From contig CAZHQW010000008.1 of assembly GCA_964534745.1 (NCBI GenBank), positions 5,156-69,155 of the forward strand: 64,000 nucleotides of DNA, in the 5' to 3' direction. The position numbers and the translations under genes were made by a program. The stretch is from an uncultured Bacteroidales bacterium (GTDB lineage Bacteria > Bacteroidota > Bacteroidia > Bacteroidales > UBA10428). This document shows, piece after piece, positions 1-10,600 of the stretch. Numbering within the stretch: the stretch's first letter is position 1; the number at the start of each line of letters is the position of its first letter. The notes under the pieces are model-generated. The model was not told the DNA's origin. It saw only the letters and a program-made list of their open reading frames with translations, and searched no databases.

Positions 1-1412
1 CATTGTATATTTTTTTGCAATTGATTGACCAGGGAGTCAGAACACTCAAATGTGCCTGTCGGCTCCATGTCGGAATGGATCACAATGCCCGTTATATTTT
101 CCGGCTTGAGCTGTCCGGGAAAACCTTCAACAGCTACATAACGGAATCCCATAAAAGTAAATGTCGGCTCATAGGTTTCTGTTCCTTTGCCCTTCAGGGT
201 ATATTGAACTGTAGCTTTAGCACGGCGCAGGTTGTCCGTATAAAACTCACCGTATTTATCCAGCACCTCGGCATGCCTTAACCTGACAGTTGTACCGGCT
301 GGACCCTTTGCTTTAAGCCTGACATGGCCCACCATATTTTGTCCCATATCGGCAACAAGTGTTCCTTTTGGTGTTGTCCAGATTTTTACCGGCTTAAGTT
401 CCTGGATTCTTCTTACGGGAACCGTTTCAGTGGGTACCAGGTTATCTGTACCATAATCCGCCACACTTACATATTCCCAGCTGCTGTCATCATATCCGGG
501 TTTGTCCCACCCTGTGAGCTCTTTCCTGGCATCATAGTTTTCTCCGTTGTAAAGGCTGTTCATTGTTATGGCGTCATCCCGCGTACCTTTCCATGAGCTG
601 TCGGTAATGATTATTTCACTTGTCCCGTCTGCATATTCAATCATAAGCTGGCACAGAAGTCCGGTTTTCTTTCCATAACTGCCCCACTGGTTTTCAAAAC
701 CCAGGTATCCTTTATACCATCCGTCACCAAGTAAAGCGCCAATCGTATTTGCACCCGTCTTAATCATCTCAGTCACATCATATACCTGGTACTGAAGTCT
801 TTGCTTATAGGATGTCCATCCCGGTGTAAACAGGTTATCACTGACCTTTTTGCCGTTAATGTGAAGCTCATATAGCCCATGTGCAGTTATGTAAACACGT
901 GCCCTGGCAATATCTCTGGATATGGAAAAATCTTTTCGTGTGGTAAGGGCCGGACCGTCGGGAAGGGTGTCCTGAACCGGCTCTATCCATTCTGCTTTCC
1001 ACCCGGCGGGATCCAGTATTCCCATTTCCCAGAACGCAGTTTTACTCCATTCCGATTCATTCTGATTGTTGTCCCAGATTTTGACCTGCCAGTAGTACCT
1101 TTTTGTTGATTCAGGAGCAGGTCCGTTGTACGGTACCAGGTTTGACTCTGAAGAGAGGACCTTACCGGACTCCCAGAAAATACCTTCAGAGAATGATGAA
1201 GTCTCAGAGACACGGATAGAATAGGCATTTTGAATAACATTTCTTTCTGAAGAATTGATTTTCCAGCTCAACCTGGGCTTTTTGCTTTCTATGCCAACCG
1301 GATTTGCCAGGTAATCACAGGTAAGGTCATACAATACCGGCTTCTGGCTAAAAACCTCATTGTTTAATAAATTGTTTAATAATATGAGTGAAAAAACTAT
1401 GATTGTTTTCAT
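1..1412 (-). CDS. alpha-L-rhamnosidase (GH78), N-terminal ~470 aa; the 3' end lies beyond the left window edge
   Basis: It is absent from the ORF track because there is no in-window stop. Hand translation of the minus strand from the ATG at 1412-1410 stays open to position 1: MKTIIVFSLILLNNLLNNEVFSQKPVLYDLTCDYLANPVGIESKKPRLSWKI..NVIQNAYSIRVSE..STKRYYWQVKIWDNNQNESEWSKTAFWEMGIL..ARVYITAHGLYELHINGKKVSDNLFTPGWTSYKQRLQYQVYDV..FMGFRYVAVEGFPG. These are the hallmark N-terminal motifs of bacterial GH78 enzymes, and a signal peptide is present. Track ORFs 3-281, 324-596, 879-1109 (+) and 983-1240 (-) are out-of-frame shadows of this gene. Confidence 0.85.
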   Translation of the reverse strand, partial: MKTIIVFSLILLNNLLNNEVFSQKPVLYDLTCDYLANPVGIESKKPRLSWKINSSERNVIQNAYSIRVSETSSFSEGIFWESGKVLSSESNLVPYNGPAPESTKRYYWQVKIWDNNQNESEWSKTAFWEMGILDPAGWKAEWIEPVQDTLPDGPALTTRKDFSISRDIARARVYITAHGLYELHINGKKVSDNLFTPGWTSYKQRLQYQVYDVTEMIKTGANTIGALLGDGWYKGYLGFENQWGSYGKKTGLLCQLMIEYADGTSEIIITDSSWKGTRDDAITMNSLYNGENYDARKELTGWDKPGYDDSSWEYVSVADYGTDNLVPTETVPVRRIQELKPVKIWTTPKGTLVADMGQNMVGHVRLKAKGPAGTTVRLRHAEVLDKYGEFYTDNLRRAKATVQYTLKGKGTETYEPTFTFMGFRYVAVEGFPGQLKPENITGIVIHSDMEPTGTFECSDSLVNQLQKNIQ

Positions 1413-1573
1413 TGTTGATTAAATTTCCACGGTTATTATTAGGATTTTCCTTTTAATTGCTGCAATTTTATTTATATAATCTGATTTTATAAAACTAATA
1501 TTTATATTACTTTTTGTCAAATTAGCAGAAGTATTTAAATAATACAAAAAACCTAACGATTTTATTACTATAA

Positions 1574-1753
1574 TCATTCAAATCCATAGCTTGCTTCTGC
1601 CTGATTTTCAGTAAAGAACTTAATTCAAGGTTTGAAAAAATCGACATTTCAGGTTTTCAAAAAGGAATATATATTGCTAAAGCGATGCAGGATGGAACTG
1701 TAAATTCAGGGAAGGTTGTTGTGAGGCAGGAAGACATTTACTATTCCTGTTAA
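1574..1753 (+). pseudogene. relic of a T9SS (Por) C-terminal sorting domain; no start codon and no upstream coding body
   Basis: Hand translation of the frame ending at TAA 1751-1753 gives ..SKELNSRFEKIDISGFQKGIYIAKAMQDGTVNSGKVVVRQEDIYYSC*. The segment IDISGFxKGIYIAK....G....KVVV matches the last two strands of the T9SS CTDs on intact cargo in this window (e.g. GIYTISIIQDGNIESLKILIE). The frame opens right after a stop at 1571-1573 and lies between two minus-strand genes. Confidence 0.35.
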
Positions 1754-1802
1754 CTGCATTAAAAATTCCTGAATGCTTTGTCCGGACATTTTGTCCATCT
1801 GA

Positions 1803-2693
1803 TTATTTTTCCAGTTCCTTTAAGTCTTTATAGCTAACCAGCTTGATATTCTTTTCCCTGATAATTCCTTTTATTTTATCGTTTGTAAACACTCGTAGTA
1901 CAGACTCACGATCTTCCGCAACATCTTCATAACCTTTGTGCCAAATAGCCTGCATTTCCGGACAATCTTTGGCTGGATGGTCGATTAATATATATAAGCC
2001 AGGTTTCAGATTTGTTAGATTATAAGCCATGCTATCAATTTTTTCTTCTGTACTTTTTGCGTTTCCCCAGCCTTTAAAACGAGATGCGCCATAGGTTGAC
2101 AAGTCAAGATCTATGTTATACTCAATAGCCAGCTTTTTCATCAGTTCACTAATTTGCGGATCGAGTTGAGCAAAGCCCATATGTCCTCCCATATGCGTGA
2201 TATGTGGCACGTTTCTTATCCCCATATTAATCTGGGCTCTGAGTTCCTGCTCAATTTCTTCAATTTTCCAATCGGCTTTTTGTAAAGATGTGTTTGGAGG
2301 AAAATCTTCTCTTTGCCAAACCATGGGATAAAAGTATCCATTGGAATCTGTTAGATCAGGACAATACGTTATCGGTCGCCATTTCATATTTTCCCATTCG
2401 CTGGTAAGTACTAAATGTAGGCCTACATCTAATCCGGAATTTTCATTAAGCAATTTAACCGCTTCAGGAAACCATGGGCAAGGCACCATAAGTTCAACCG
2501 AACGCATGATACCTTCTTTATACGATTCAATACAGCCTTTATTAGCTGCATGTGACGAACCCATATCATCGCCACGAACCAACAACCAGACTTCATTTTT
2601 CGGTATTTGTTGTGCGTTGCAAACCAAAGATGTAAAAAGAATAAAAGGAAAAAGGAAATAACATTTTCTCATAATACATATTTTTAAAAACAT
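1803..2693 (-). CDS. YdjC/ChbG-family carbohydrate deacetylase-like protein, secreted
   Basis: 296-aa ORF. The YdjC-type N-terminal motif is present: LLVRGDDMGSSHAANKGCIESYKEGIMRSVELMVPCPWFPEAVKLL..GLDVGLHLVLTSEW. The signal peptide is best read from the internal ATG at 2672 (MRKCYFLFPFILFTSLVCNAQQ). Confidence 0.7.
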   Translation of the reverse strand: MFLKICIMRKCYFLFPFILFTSLVCNAQQIPKNEVWLLVRGDDMGSSHAANKGCIESYKEGIMRSVELMVPCPWFPEAVKLLNENSGLDVGLHLVLTSEWENMKWRPITYCPDLTDSNGYFYPMVWQREDFPPNTSLQKADWKIEEIEQELRAQINMGIRNVPHITHMGGHMGFAQLDPQISELMKKLAIEYNIDLDLSTYGASRFKGWGNAKSTEEKIDSMAYNLTNLKPGLYILIDHPAKDCPEMQAIWHKGYEDVAEDRESVLRVFTNDKIKGIIREKNIKLVSYKDLKELEK

Positions 2694-2972
2694 GAATTTC
2701 TAATAGGTCAATTCTTCTTACACGTGCAGAATACTTAACAGGATATATATCAGAACAATAATAATTATTACTAAAATGACCTCTGTTCGAAATATTTTTT
2801 TCAGATTAATATGCGGCATCCTCTTCATCAGACAAGTCTTTTGATCAAAAATAGGTGTATCTGGCTCAATAAAAGTTTGCTAATATTTATAATGAGTTGA
2901 CTATTTTCCATAATTCTTCCTAATTAAAATTTTAAAACCTGATGGAAGTAATTTCATGCGGGACAGTTTAGC

Positions 2973-5900
2973 TTAACTATTTATGTATTCTTTAGGCGTT
3001 TTTTTAAACAACTCTCTAAAGCAGGTGGAGAAATATTTTGGATTGTTAAAACCAACAGAATAAGCAACATCCGAAATATTATAATTACCTGTTCTCAATA
3101 GTTTGGCAGCTACTTTTAATCGGATATTTCGTGTAAATATATTTACTGACATACCTGTTAAAGTCTTCAGCTTTTTGTATAGGCTGCTTTTGCTTAGCCC
3201 TAATTCCACAGCAATACTTTCTCCTGATAAATAAGAGTTGTCAATATTTCCCTCAACAAATTTTACGAATCTTTCCAGCAAACCCTGATCGATTTGGCTA
3301 ATGTTCAACCCAGCGGGCAAAGAATTTAAGTCGGATGAAAATTTATTAGCCAGTTGTTCCCTGCTTTTCAGAATGTTTTTGATCCGAATTTTCAACACCT
3401 CCAAATTAAACGGTTTGGTGATATAATCATCAGCTCCTGTCTCTAATCCGGATATCTGATATTCCTGTTCAGACCTTGCGGTAAGCAGGAATACTGGTAT
3501 ATGACTGGTGGAAACATCGCACTTAATTAATTTGCACAATTCAATACCATCCATTTCAGGCATCATAACATCACATATTACTAAATCGGGCAGTTGTTCT
3601 TTTGCAAGATTTAATCCCTCTTTACCATTAGAGGCAACAATAACATGGTAATGTTGATTAAGCTCTTTTAATAAAAATTGCTGCAAATCCAGGTTATCTT
3701 CAACAATCAGTACTTTCATCCGATCACTTATGCTTTCAGTAATTCCTAATCCAATTTCGCTCTGGAATTCAGGTGAAGTAAGCATGGATTTCGAGAACTC
3801 GAACGAATAGGCGGATTCTTGTTCTTTGTCAGAAAGAATCTCCTCTTTTTTAAGGTGCGATGATGTTACAGGCAGAAAAACTTCAAATGTTGTTCCTTTA
3901 CCTTCCTCACTTTGCACTTTAATTTCACCGTAATGAGTCTTCACCAGGTCTTTTACCAAGGACAAGCCAATACCTGAACTGATTTTACCAGATGCTTTCC
4001 TTCCAGTAATTTGAAAAAAACGATCAAAAATATTAGGTATGTATTTTGGGGGTATACCTGGGCCAGTGTCACTAACACTTATGCATATTGTTTTATTTCC
4101 TTTGAGTTGCACCGCTCCGGAAATTGAAACTTCAACTTTTCCGCCTTCAGGTGTATGCTTTATTGCATTTGAAATTAAATTATAAAATATTTTTTCAATT
4201 TTATCGCTATCAAAAAACAGATTCAAGTTTTCTTTTTCACTCAAAAACCTGTAATCAATATCTTTCTTATCAGCATAGGAAATAAACAACTGAAATATTT
4301 CGTACATGAATGTAACAATATCATCCTCCTGTGTCTCTAACCGCAGATTTCCAGTCTCTACTCTGCGAATTTCAAGTAGTTGATTGATCAATCTAAACAG
4401 TCTTTTCCCATTCCGGTATATCAGATTCAGATCTTCTTTTACCTGTGTGGTTTCCAAATAGTTATTCTTACCAAGGAGTTTCTCTAAAGGGCTAATTATT
4501 AAAGTCAGCGGTGTTCTGAACTCATGAGATATGCTTGTAAAAAAGTTCAATTTCATTTGATCCGATTCGTGCAATTTATTAGCCATGTCAAGGATTTCAA
4601 CTTTTTGGTTCTCAAGTACTTCATTGGCTTGTTTCAGGTCTTTGGTGCGCTCCTGAACCAGCAGACGAAGAATATCTTTCTGATGTTTTAATACCTGTGT
4701 GCGAATGCGTATAACTCCAACAATTAATAACAGTATAAATAATATTATACTCAGTTTAAACCAAACCTGGCCCCAAAATGGTGGCAACATATAAATTTCA
4801 AGTTCAAGTGGTTTATCAGACCAGATACCATCACTATTGGTACTATGAATCTTGAGCTTATATTCTCCACTGGGTATATTTGTGTAGTTTGCAAAGCGTT
4901 GTTTGGAATTAACTTCATTCCACTCCTCTTCAAAACCTTCCAGTTTATATCTGTACTTAACTTTTTTCGGAGCTACCATATGTGTAGAGGCAAATTCAAA
5001 TGACAGGATTTTATCGTTGTGATTTAAAATTATATTGGAAGTGTACGAGATTGATTTATTAAGGATTACGCGCCCATCAACGGTATCATTGGCAGATACC
5101 GGATTCTGATTAATTTTAAAGGCTGTCAAAACAGCCTCCCCTTTATAAGGATTATCTTTGATTTCTTCAGGATTGAAATAACTTATACCATTCACACCAC
5201 CAAAATACAATACACCGGATTTGCTTTTGAAATATGCGCCTTCATTAAATTCATTGCTTTGTAACCCGTCTTCATAGGTATAAAGCTTGAATTGTTCTGT
5301 TATCGGATCAAAACGTACTAATCCTTTATTCGTACTTATCCATAACTTGCCGGTATTATCCTCCAATATACCTAATATCGTATTATTTGGAAATCCTATT
5401 TCCATGGTATACGATTTAAACACACCTGTCTTTTTGTCGAACTTGTTTAAGCCACCATTTGTCCCAATCCAAAGAATATCTTCTCCAATGATCTCCGGCT
5501 CAAGAATACACCGCACATAATCATTTGAAATGGTATTGTTATCTGATGGATTATTAATAAAGTAAGAGAATTTACCGGTTACCGGATCAAAACGGTTTAA
5601 ACCACCTGTGAGGGTACCTATCCATATAATATGATCTTTATCTTCGATAATGATATTTATCCAGCTGTCGTTGGTCCCATTATCTCCTCTCCCTGAAACA
5701 GGAAAATATAAAAAAGACTTACCGTCACTATTCAATTTACATAATCCATTTTCTGTGCCTCCAAAATACACATCTCCTGAACTTGTTTCACAAATTGACC
5801 TCATAGACCAAATCTGAAAAGCACTACTATCATTTTCATTCTGGTGAAAATTCAAAAATCGGTTTTTGACAGGATCATAAAGACTTATTTTATAATCAAA

Positions 5901-7421
5901 TGAGCCCATCCACAACTTATTATCTTTGGTCTCTTTTATAACGCCAACAAGCTTTGCAGATAAATTATCTGAATATTCCCAGGTAATGCCTGTTTTCAAT
6001 ATCCGTTTGTTCTTAAATCCCTTCATATTACCATTCATCAGGTTTATCTTATTAAGTTCCAGTGCTGTACCTACCCATAAATTGTTTTTTGAATCTTCGC
6101 AAATGGAATATACCTGATTATTAGTCAGGTGGGGGTTGTTCCTTGGGTTATCGTTTAAATTTCTAAACTTCTTTGCATAGAGATCAACTTTGTACACACC
6201 CCCTTTTTCTGTTCCTATCCAAAGCAACCCATTCTTACCTTTACAGAAAAATTGAACATTCTCACCACCAAAACTATATGCACTATTTTTATCTTTTTCA
6301 AAAACCTGAATATCAGTCATATTGGGATGAATTCGAAATATTTTAAGAAGATTACGACCACCACTTCCTATCCATATATAACCGTTATCATCTTCAATGA
6401 TTTGTGATACCTGCACATTTGAAATTTCTTGTATCCGCTCCAGCTGAATACCTTCTTTATCCTTTAATCTATGATAGAGTCCTTGTTCAGTACCAATTAG
6501 TAAATTTCCAGAAGTGGTATTATAAATTTGGTAAACAGTAGGTTCGTAATTTGGGTTTAACGGCTCTTTAATGAGCTGTATATACTTAGCCTGTTCATCG
6601 CTGTATGCATTGTTTAGAATATACAGTCCATTATGGACAGTGCCAATCCAAACAGTGCTGTCGGGTTCAAAATGAATACATGAAATAACAGTTAAATGCT
6701 CAGCATCTTGTTTATTGTCCGAAGTGAAGTAGCATTTTATCTGACCTGTCTTTTTATTCAACCTGTTTAAACCATTGTGTGTACCTATCCATAAATATCC
6801 AAATTTATCTTCAGCAATAGTCGTAATGCTATCGCAACTCAAGCTATTACTACTACATGTTTTATGCCTTAAGGACTCAAAGCTGTCTGTTTCACGTATA
6901 TATTTATTCAGCCCTTTATCGGTAGCTATCCATAGTGTGCTCTCCTGGTCTTCAAAAAAACGCACATAATTTATTTCAACAGAAGAATAGAAAGAATTAC
7001 TGGAAATACTCTCATGATTTAATGAATCGGGGCAGTAGCTATAGAAAGTTTCTTTTTGAGGATCGAACCGGTCCAGTCCTTTATCTTTATAGAAAATCCA
7101 TATTTGTCCGTACTTATCTTTGTATAAGTCATTAATCCAGTTTTTTGACGGTGTTTTGTTACTTTTGCCGGCATAATAAACTTTGAATTCATATCCGTCG
7201 TAACGGTTTAAGCCATCCTGAGTGCCAAACCATAAAAACCCTAAATCATCTTCAACCATATCTAATACCAGCGAATGTGAAAGACCTTCTTCCAGACTTA
7301 GCTGATAAAATCTCATATTAGTAAACTGCCCTTTGGTAAACGCACTGAATAATAAACAAGTACCAATTAGAAGGCATTTTGCTACCATGCTAACAATATA
7401 TCTGTTGTATCTTAAAAACAT
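2973..7421 (-). CDS. hybrid two-component system (HTCS) sensor kinase/response regulator with AraC-type HTH
   Basis: 1482 aa. It has many propeller repeats (..WIGT..GLNRF/KY..), a Y_Y_Y region (KVKYRYKLEGFEEEWNEV) and a TM helix (FKLSIILFILLLIVGVIRI). The kinase part shows an H-box (FFTSISHEFRTPLTLI) and HATPase boxes (NLISNAIKHTPEGG, DTGPGIP, GIGLSLV). A receiver domain follows (VLIVEDNLDL..DLVICDVMMPEMDG), then an AraC HTH (YSVGFNNPKYFSTCFRELFKKTPKEY). Confidence 0.9.
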   Translation of the reverse strand: MFLRYNRYIVSMVAKCLLIGTCLLFSAFTKGQFTNMRFYQLSLEEGLSHSLVLDMVEDDLGFLWFGTQDGLNRYDGYEFKVYYAGKSNKTPSKNWINDLYKDKYGQIWIFYKDKGLDRFDPQKETFYSYCPDSLNHESISSNSFYSSVEINYVRFFEDQESTLWIATDKGLNKYIRETDSFESLRHKTCSSNSLSCDSITTIAEDKFGYLWIGTHNGLNRLNKKTGQIKCYFTSDNKQDAEHLTVISCIHFEPDSTVWIGTVHNGLYILNNAYSDEQAKYIQLIKEPLNPNYEPTVYQIYNTTSGNLLIGTEQGLYHRLKDKEGIQLERIQEISNVQVSQIIEDDNGYIWIGSGGRNLLKIFRIHPNMTDIQVFEKDKNSAYSFGGENVQFFCKGKNGLLWIGTEKGGVYKVDLYAKKFRNLNDNPRNNPHLTNNQVYSICEDSKNNLWVGTALELNKINLMNGNMKGFKNKRILKTGITWEYSDNLSAKLVGVIKETKDNKLWMGSFDYKISLYDPVKNRFLNFHQNENDSSAFQIWSMRSICETSSGDVYFGGTENGLCKLNSDGKSFLYFPVSGRGDNGTNDSWINIIIEDKDHIIWIGTLTGGLNRFDPVTGKFSYFINNPSDNNTISNDYVRCILEPEIIGEDILWIGTNGGLNKFDKKTGVFKSYTMEIGFPNNTILGILEDNTGKLWISTNKGLVRFDPITEQFKLYTYEDGLQSNEFNEGAYFKSKSGVLYFGGVNGISYFNPEEIKDNPYKGEAVLTAFKINQNPVSANDTVDGRVILNKSISYTSNIILNHNDKILSFEFASTHMVAPKKVKYRYKLEGFEEEWNEVNSKQRFANYTNIPSGEYKLKIHSTNSDGIWSDKPLELEIYMLPPFWGQVWFKLSIILFILLLIVGVIRIRTQVLKHQKDILRLLVQERTKDLKQANEVLENQKVEILDMANKLHESDQMKLNFFTSISHEFRTPLTLIISPLEKLLGKNNYLETTQVKEDLNLIYRNGKRLFRLINQLLEIRRVETGNLRLETQEDDIVTFMYEIFQLFISYADKKDIDYRFLSEKENLNLFFDSDKIEKIFYNLISNAIKHTPEGGKVEVSISGAVQLKGNKTICISVSDTGPGIPPKYIPNIFDRFFQITGRKASGKISSGIGLSLVKDLVKTHYGEIKVQSEEGKGTTFEVFLPVTSSHLKKEEILSDKEQESAYSFEFSKSMLTSPEFQSEIGLGITESISDRMKVLIVEDNLDLQQFLLKELNQHYHVIVASNGKEGLNLAKEQLPDLVICDVMMPEMDGIELCKLIKCDVSTSHIPVFLLTARSEQEYQISGLETGADDYITKPFNLEVLKIRIKNILKSREQLANKFSSDLNSLPAGLNISQIDQGLLERFVKFVEGNIDNSYLSGESIAVELGLSKSSLYKKLKTLTGMSVNIFTRNIRLKVAAKLLRTGNYNISDVAYSVGFNNPKYFSTCFRELFKKTPKEYINS

Positions 7422-7609
7422 ATTGTTAAAATTATAAATAAATATTCAATCCGGGAGTTATTGTCAATATTACAGTGTATTAATTATATAAGTTTTGGAG
7501 GATAAATGGGGCGGGTCTGGACAGTAAATTAACTTTTATATGATTAAACACCCATTTAAAGAAATTTTTAAAACTCCCTTAAACAGTTATTTAAAATCGC
7601 TAGTAACTA

Positions 7610-10600
7610 TTATTCGATTAAGATTTTTAATGACTCAATGTTTCCGTCCTGAATGATAGAAATAGTATAAATTCCTTCACTCCAGCCAACAGTTTCTATT
7701 GCTTTTATGTTGGTCTGCATTTCTTCCTGAAAGACCTTTTTCCCGGTCATGTCTGTTACAGTCACTAAAGCATCAGGCTGACCATGAGTATAAGATAAAT
7801 TTAAAGTCCCATCATTCACCGGATTAGGGTGAACTTTCCACCCGGAATTAATTTGCCCGGCTAAACCGGTAGCGTTGCAATCACTCCCCTGGTTAGAAAT
7901 ATTTATACTTACTTCATCATTAATCTCCATGTTGTCTTTTGAAGAGACTTTTAATGTTATTGTACCATTTCCTTCACACTTGCCCGTACTACTGATTTTA
8001 ATTTCATTGCCATTTATTGTAAACTTAACATCTACGTCATTATTAATAACCTCCCAATTGGCAATTTTAATGAACGCATCGACAGGCTCATATTCCGCAA
8101 CAAATTTTTTAGATCCCCGGAGTGTTGAAATGTCGAATCCATCGTCTTCTTTTGGCCTGATGCTAATATTTGTCACCCTGGTATAATCAAAGTATCCTAA
8201 AGGCAAGGTTTCAAATTGCAGATTGTAGCCATTAAATGATATTACCACCATGCTGTATTTTGGTACAACTACTATCATGCCATCAGAAATTATAACATCC
8301 GACGAATCAATAGTTGTTTCAGTAGAACTATAATGTTCTCCCGATATAATATACTTTTTAGCAGCTCCTGTAAACTGAAAATCATCTGGCAGATTTACCT
8401 GAAGCGTATAATCACGTGTAAAGTCGCGACTTATCAATAACAATCCGAACTTCCCGTTTTTAGTATACGCATGACAACCAACAGGTTCAAAATCAATTGT
8501 ATTGCCATCGGCATCAGTTATAACACCTTCTGTTTCCACATTAGTTTTTAGAATGTTGCCTACACAATGGTGATTAAAGAGTTTTGCAGCTTCATACAAA
8601 GTAAGCTTTTTGTAATCCTGTGCCGGAACAATAATTTTCCATTGTCCGCCTGTAAAATGAAATATGGTTGGCAAAGCTCCGCCGTGTTCAATTGCTTCGG
8701 CATAATAATCTGTCTGAATAATGGCCTGACCAAGTCTGCCAAAAAAGGTATTAGTTGTCATATTTGCCTCATAAAAGAAACTGGGCTTTAGCTGACCGGT
8801 TAATTCAACCATATCTTCCATAGTAAGTACCAATCCTTCAACTTCGTGATGTAATCTGGCTATTCCGTTTTTAAAGTACCCCAATTCACTATTTCCGGTT
8901 TCTACTTCAGGTGAAAAATTACCTCCCAAATATCCGGAGAGTGCTAACCATTCAACTTCTCCATTATCACCTTCAAGAACAGTCCGGTTCAGACCATAAC
9001 TTTCATTAGGGTGCGGATTTCTTCCACTATATACAAGTGAGATCTTATCATTATTATAGTGTGGTGAATTCTTCAATAACAGAGCCATTTCACGCGTCCA
9101 CTCCCGGTATGTAACATAGTTAGAGCCTATTTGAGCATCATGAGCCCCGGCACCCCATACCTCATTGCCGAATTCAAATATCAATCCTCTACTATTTTCA
9201 AGAAGTGATTCCGGATAGCCTTCTGCTGCCCTTATTGCACCATATTCTGTCGAGGAAGGACCCGCTATGTATTCAAGAAAATTAGTAAATGTTTCCGGTT
9301 GAGTCATCCAGTCCGTGCTGTTTTCAACCCCACAGGTTATAACTGTATATGCATCCAGTTCATTGGCGATACCCATAAATTCAGCCAGGGTAATGTTATT
9401 TGAATTACCTGCACCAATATAGTCGGAAAAATTTAAGGAGTTTGCAGTAATTGCGCCCCATCTAATTGCTGCAGGTTTCAATTCTTTCAACCGGTCTATC
9501 TGGTTCACATCATTATTGAACTCTCCATGTGAATATTCTAAATTAATTCCTATACCAGCACTGGTACCAATATTTCTAAATTCGATATTCATTCTTGCTT
9601 TGTTATCACCAAACCTTGTATCGGAAGGATCAAAAATGGCAGTATTAAAGACAAACACTTCACTTTTAACCGATACATTATTACCAGCGTCTACTGCTTC
9701 AATTTCTACATTATAAACCGTTGATGGCAATAAATTATAAACAGATAATGTTTCGTTATATATAAGATTCTCTTTGTTATAAAGCTCATCATTTAAATAT
9801 ACGTTATATCCGCGAATTTCGGTTTCATTATCGACAGCTCCACTCCACGACAGATTGGCCGCAATATCAGCAATAAGGGGTGCAGTAATGGTGGTTGGTG
9901 GTAAAGGCGGTGTATTATCCACATCATATGTGGTAGTGGATATTAAGTCAGATAATGCTGATTCGTTCCCGGCCCGGTCAATAGCTGATACGGCTACCGA
10001 ATACCTGCTATTGCTGAGCAAGTTAGTAACCAGATACGATGTATCTAAAATATTCGCTTCATTTACTTTAAGCCCATTAACATATATGCAATAGCTTTCC
10101 AGTTTCTGATCGTCTGTTGACTCCTTCCATCGTATCAGTAAATCTTCGAGACCTGTTGTTACAAGGCTAAATTCGGAAGGTTTTGTTGGTTTTGTATTAT
10201 CAAAAACATATGCCATGTACTGGCCGTCTATATAGTCTTTTGCAATCCCGGGACCTTCCCATAGCATACCACCGGTCAAATTATGAATATTCCATTTCGT
10301 ACAATATATAGCATAAACGCTCCCGGCCTGCAATAGAATTTCTTCAGATACGTGTTCATTCTCTCCTTCACCTGTTGGAGTCCCTATTCCATCAGAAGTA
10401 TTAATAATTTCCACTGCATTTTCAAAGTTCACATCAGCACTTATCCCAAGGTTTGCATGATCACCACTTCTGGTATAAAACCTATAAGTGCCGGTAACCG
10501 GTGGTAATAAATAACCTCTGAAAAATGAAGTAAAAAAGTCAGTTCCTGTACAGGGTGGGCTATCAATACAATCGGAATATACCGACAAATTCAATGAAGC

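Noticed and set aside
3-1240. Track ORFs 3-281, 324-596 and 879-1109 (+), and 983-1240 (-).
   Set aside because: They are out-of-frame or antisense shadows of the GH78 gene, which reads continuously on the minus strand from 1412 to the window edge. Their translations have no recognisable features.
1779-1788. Perfect 10-nt palindrome tgtccggaca just downstream of the YdjC-like gene stop, considered as a terminator.
   Set aside because: It has no loop, so it can form at most a 3-4 bp hairpin. The alternative GGACAaaaTGTCC stem is only 5 bp, and there is no convincing U-tract.
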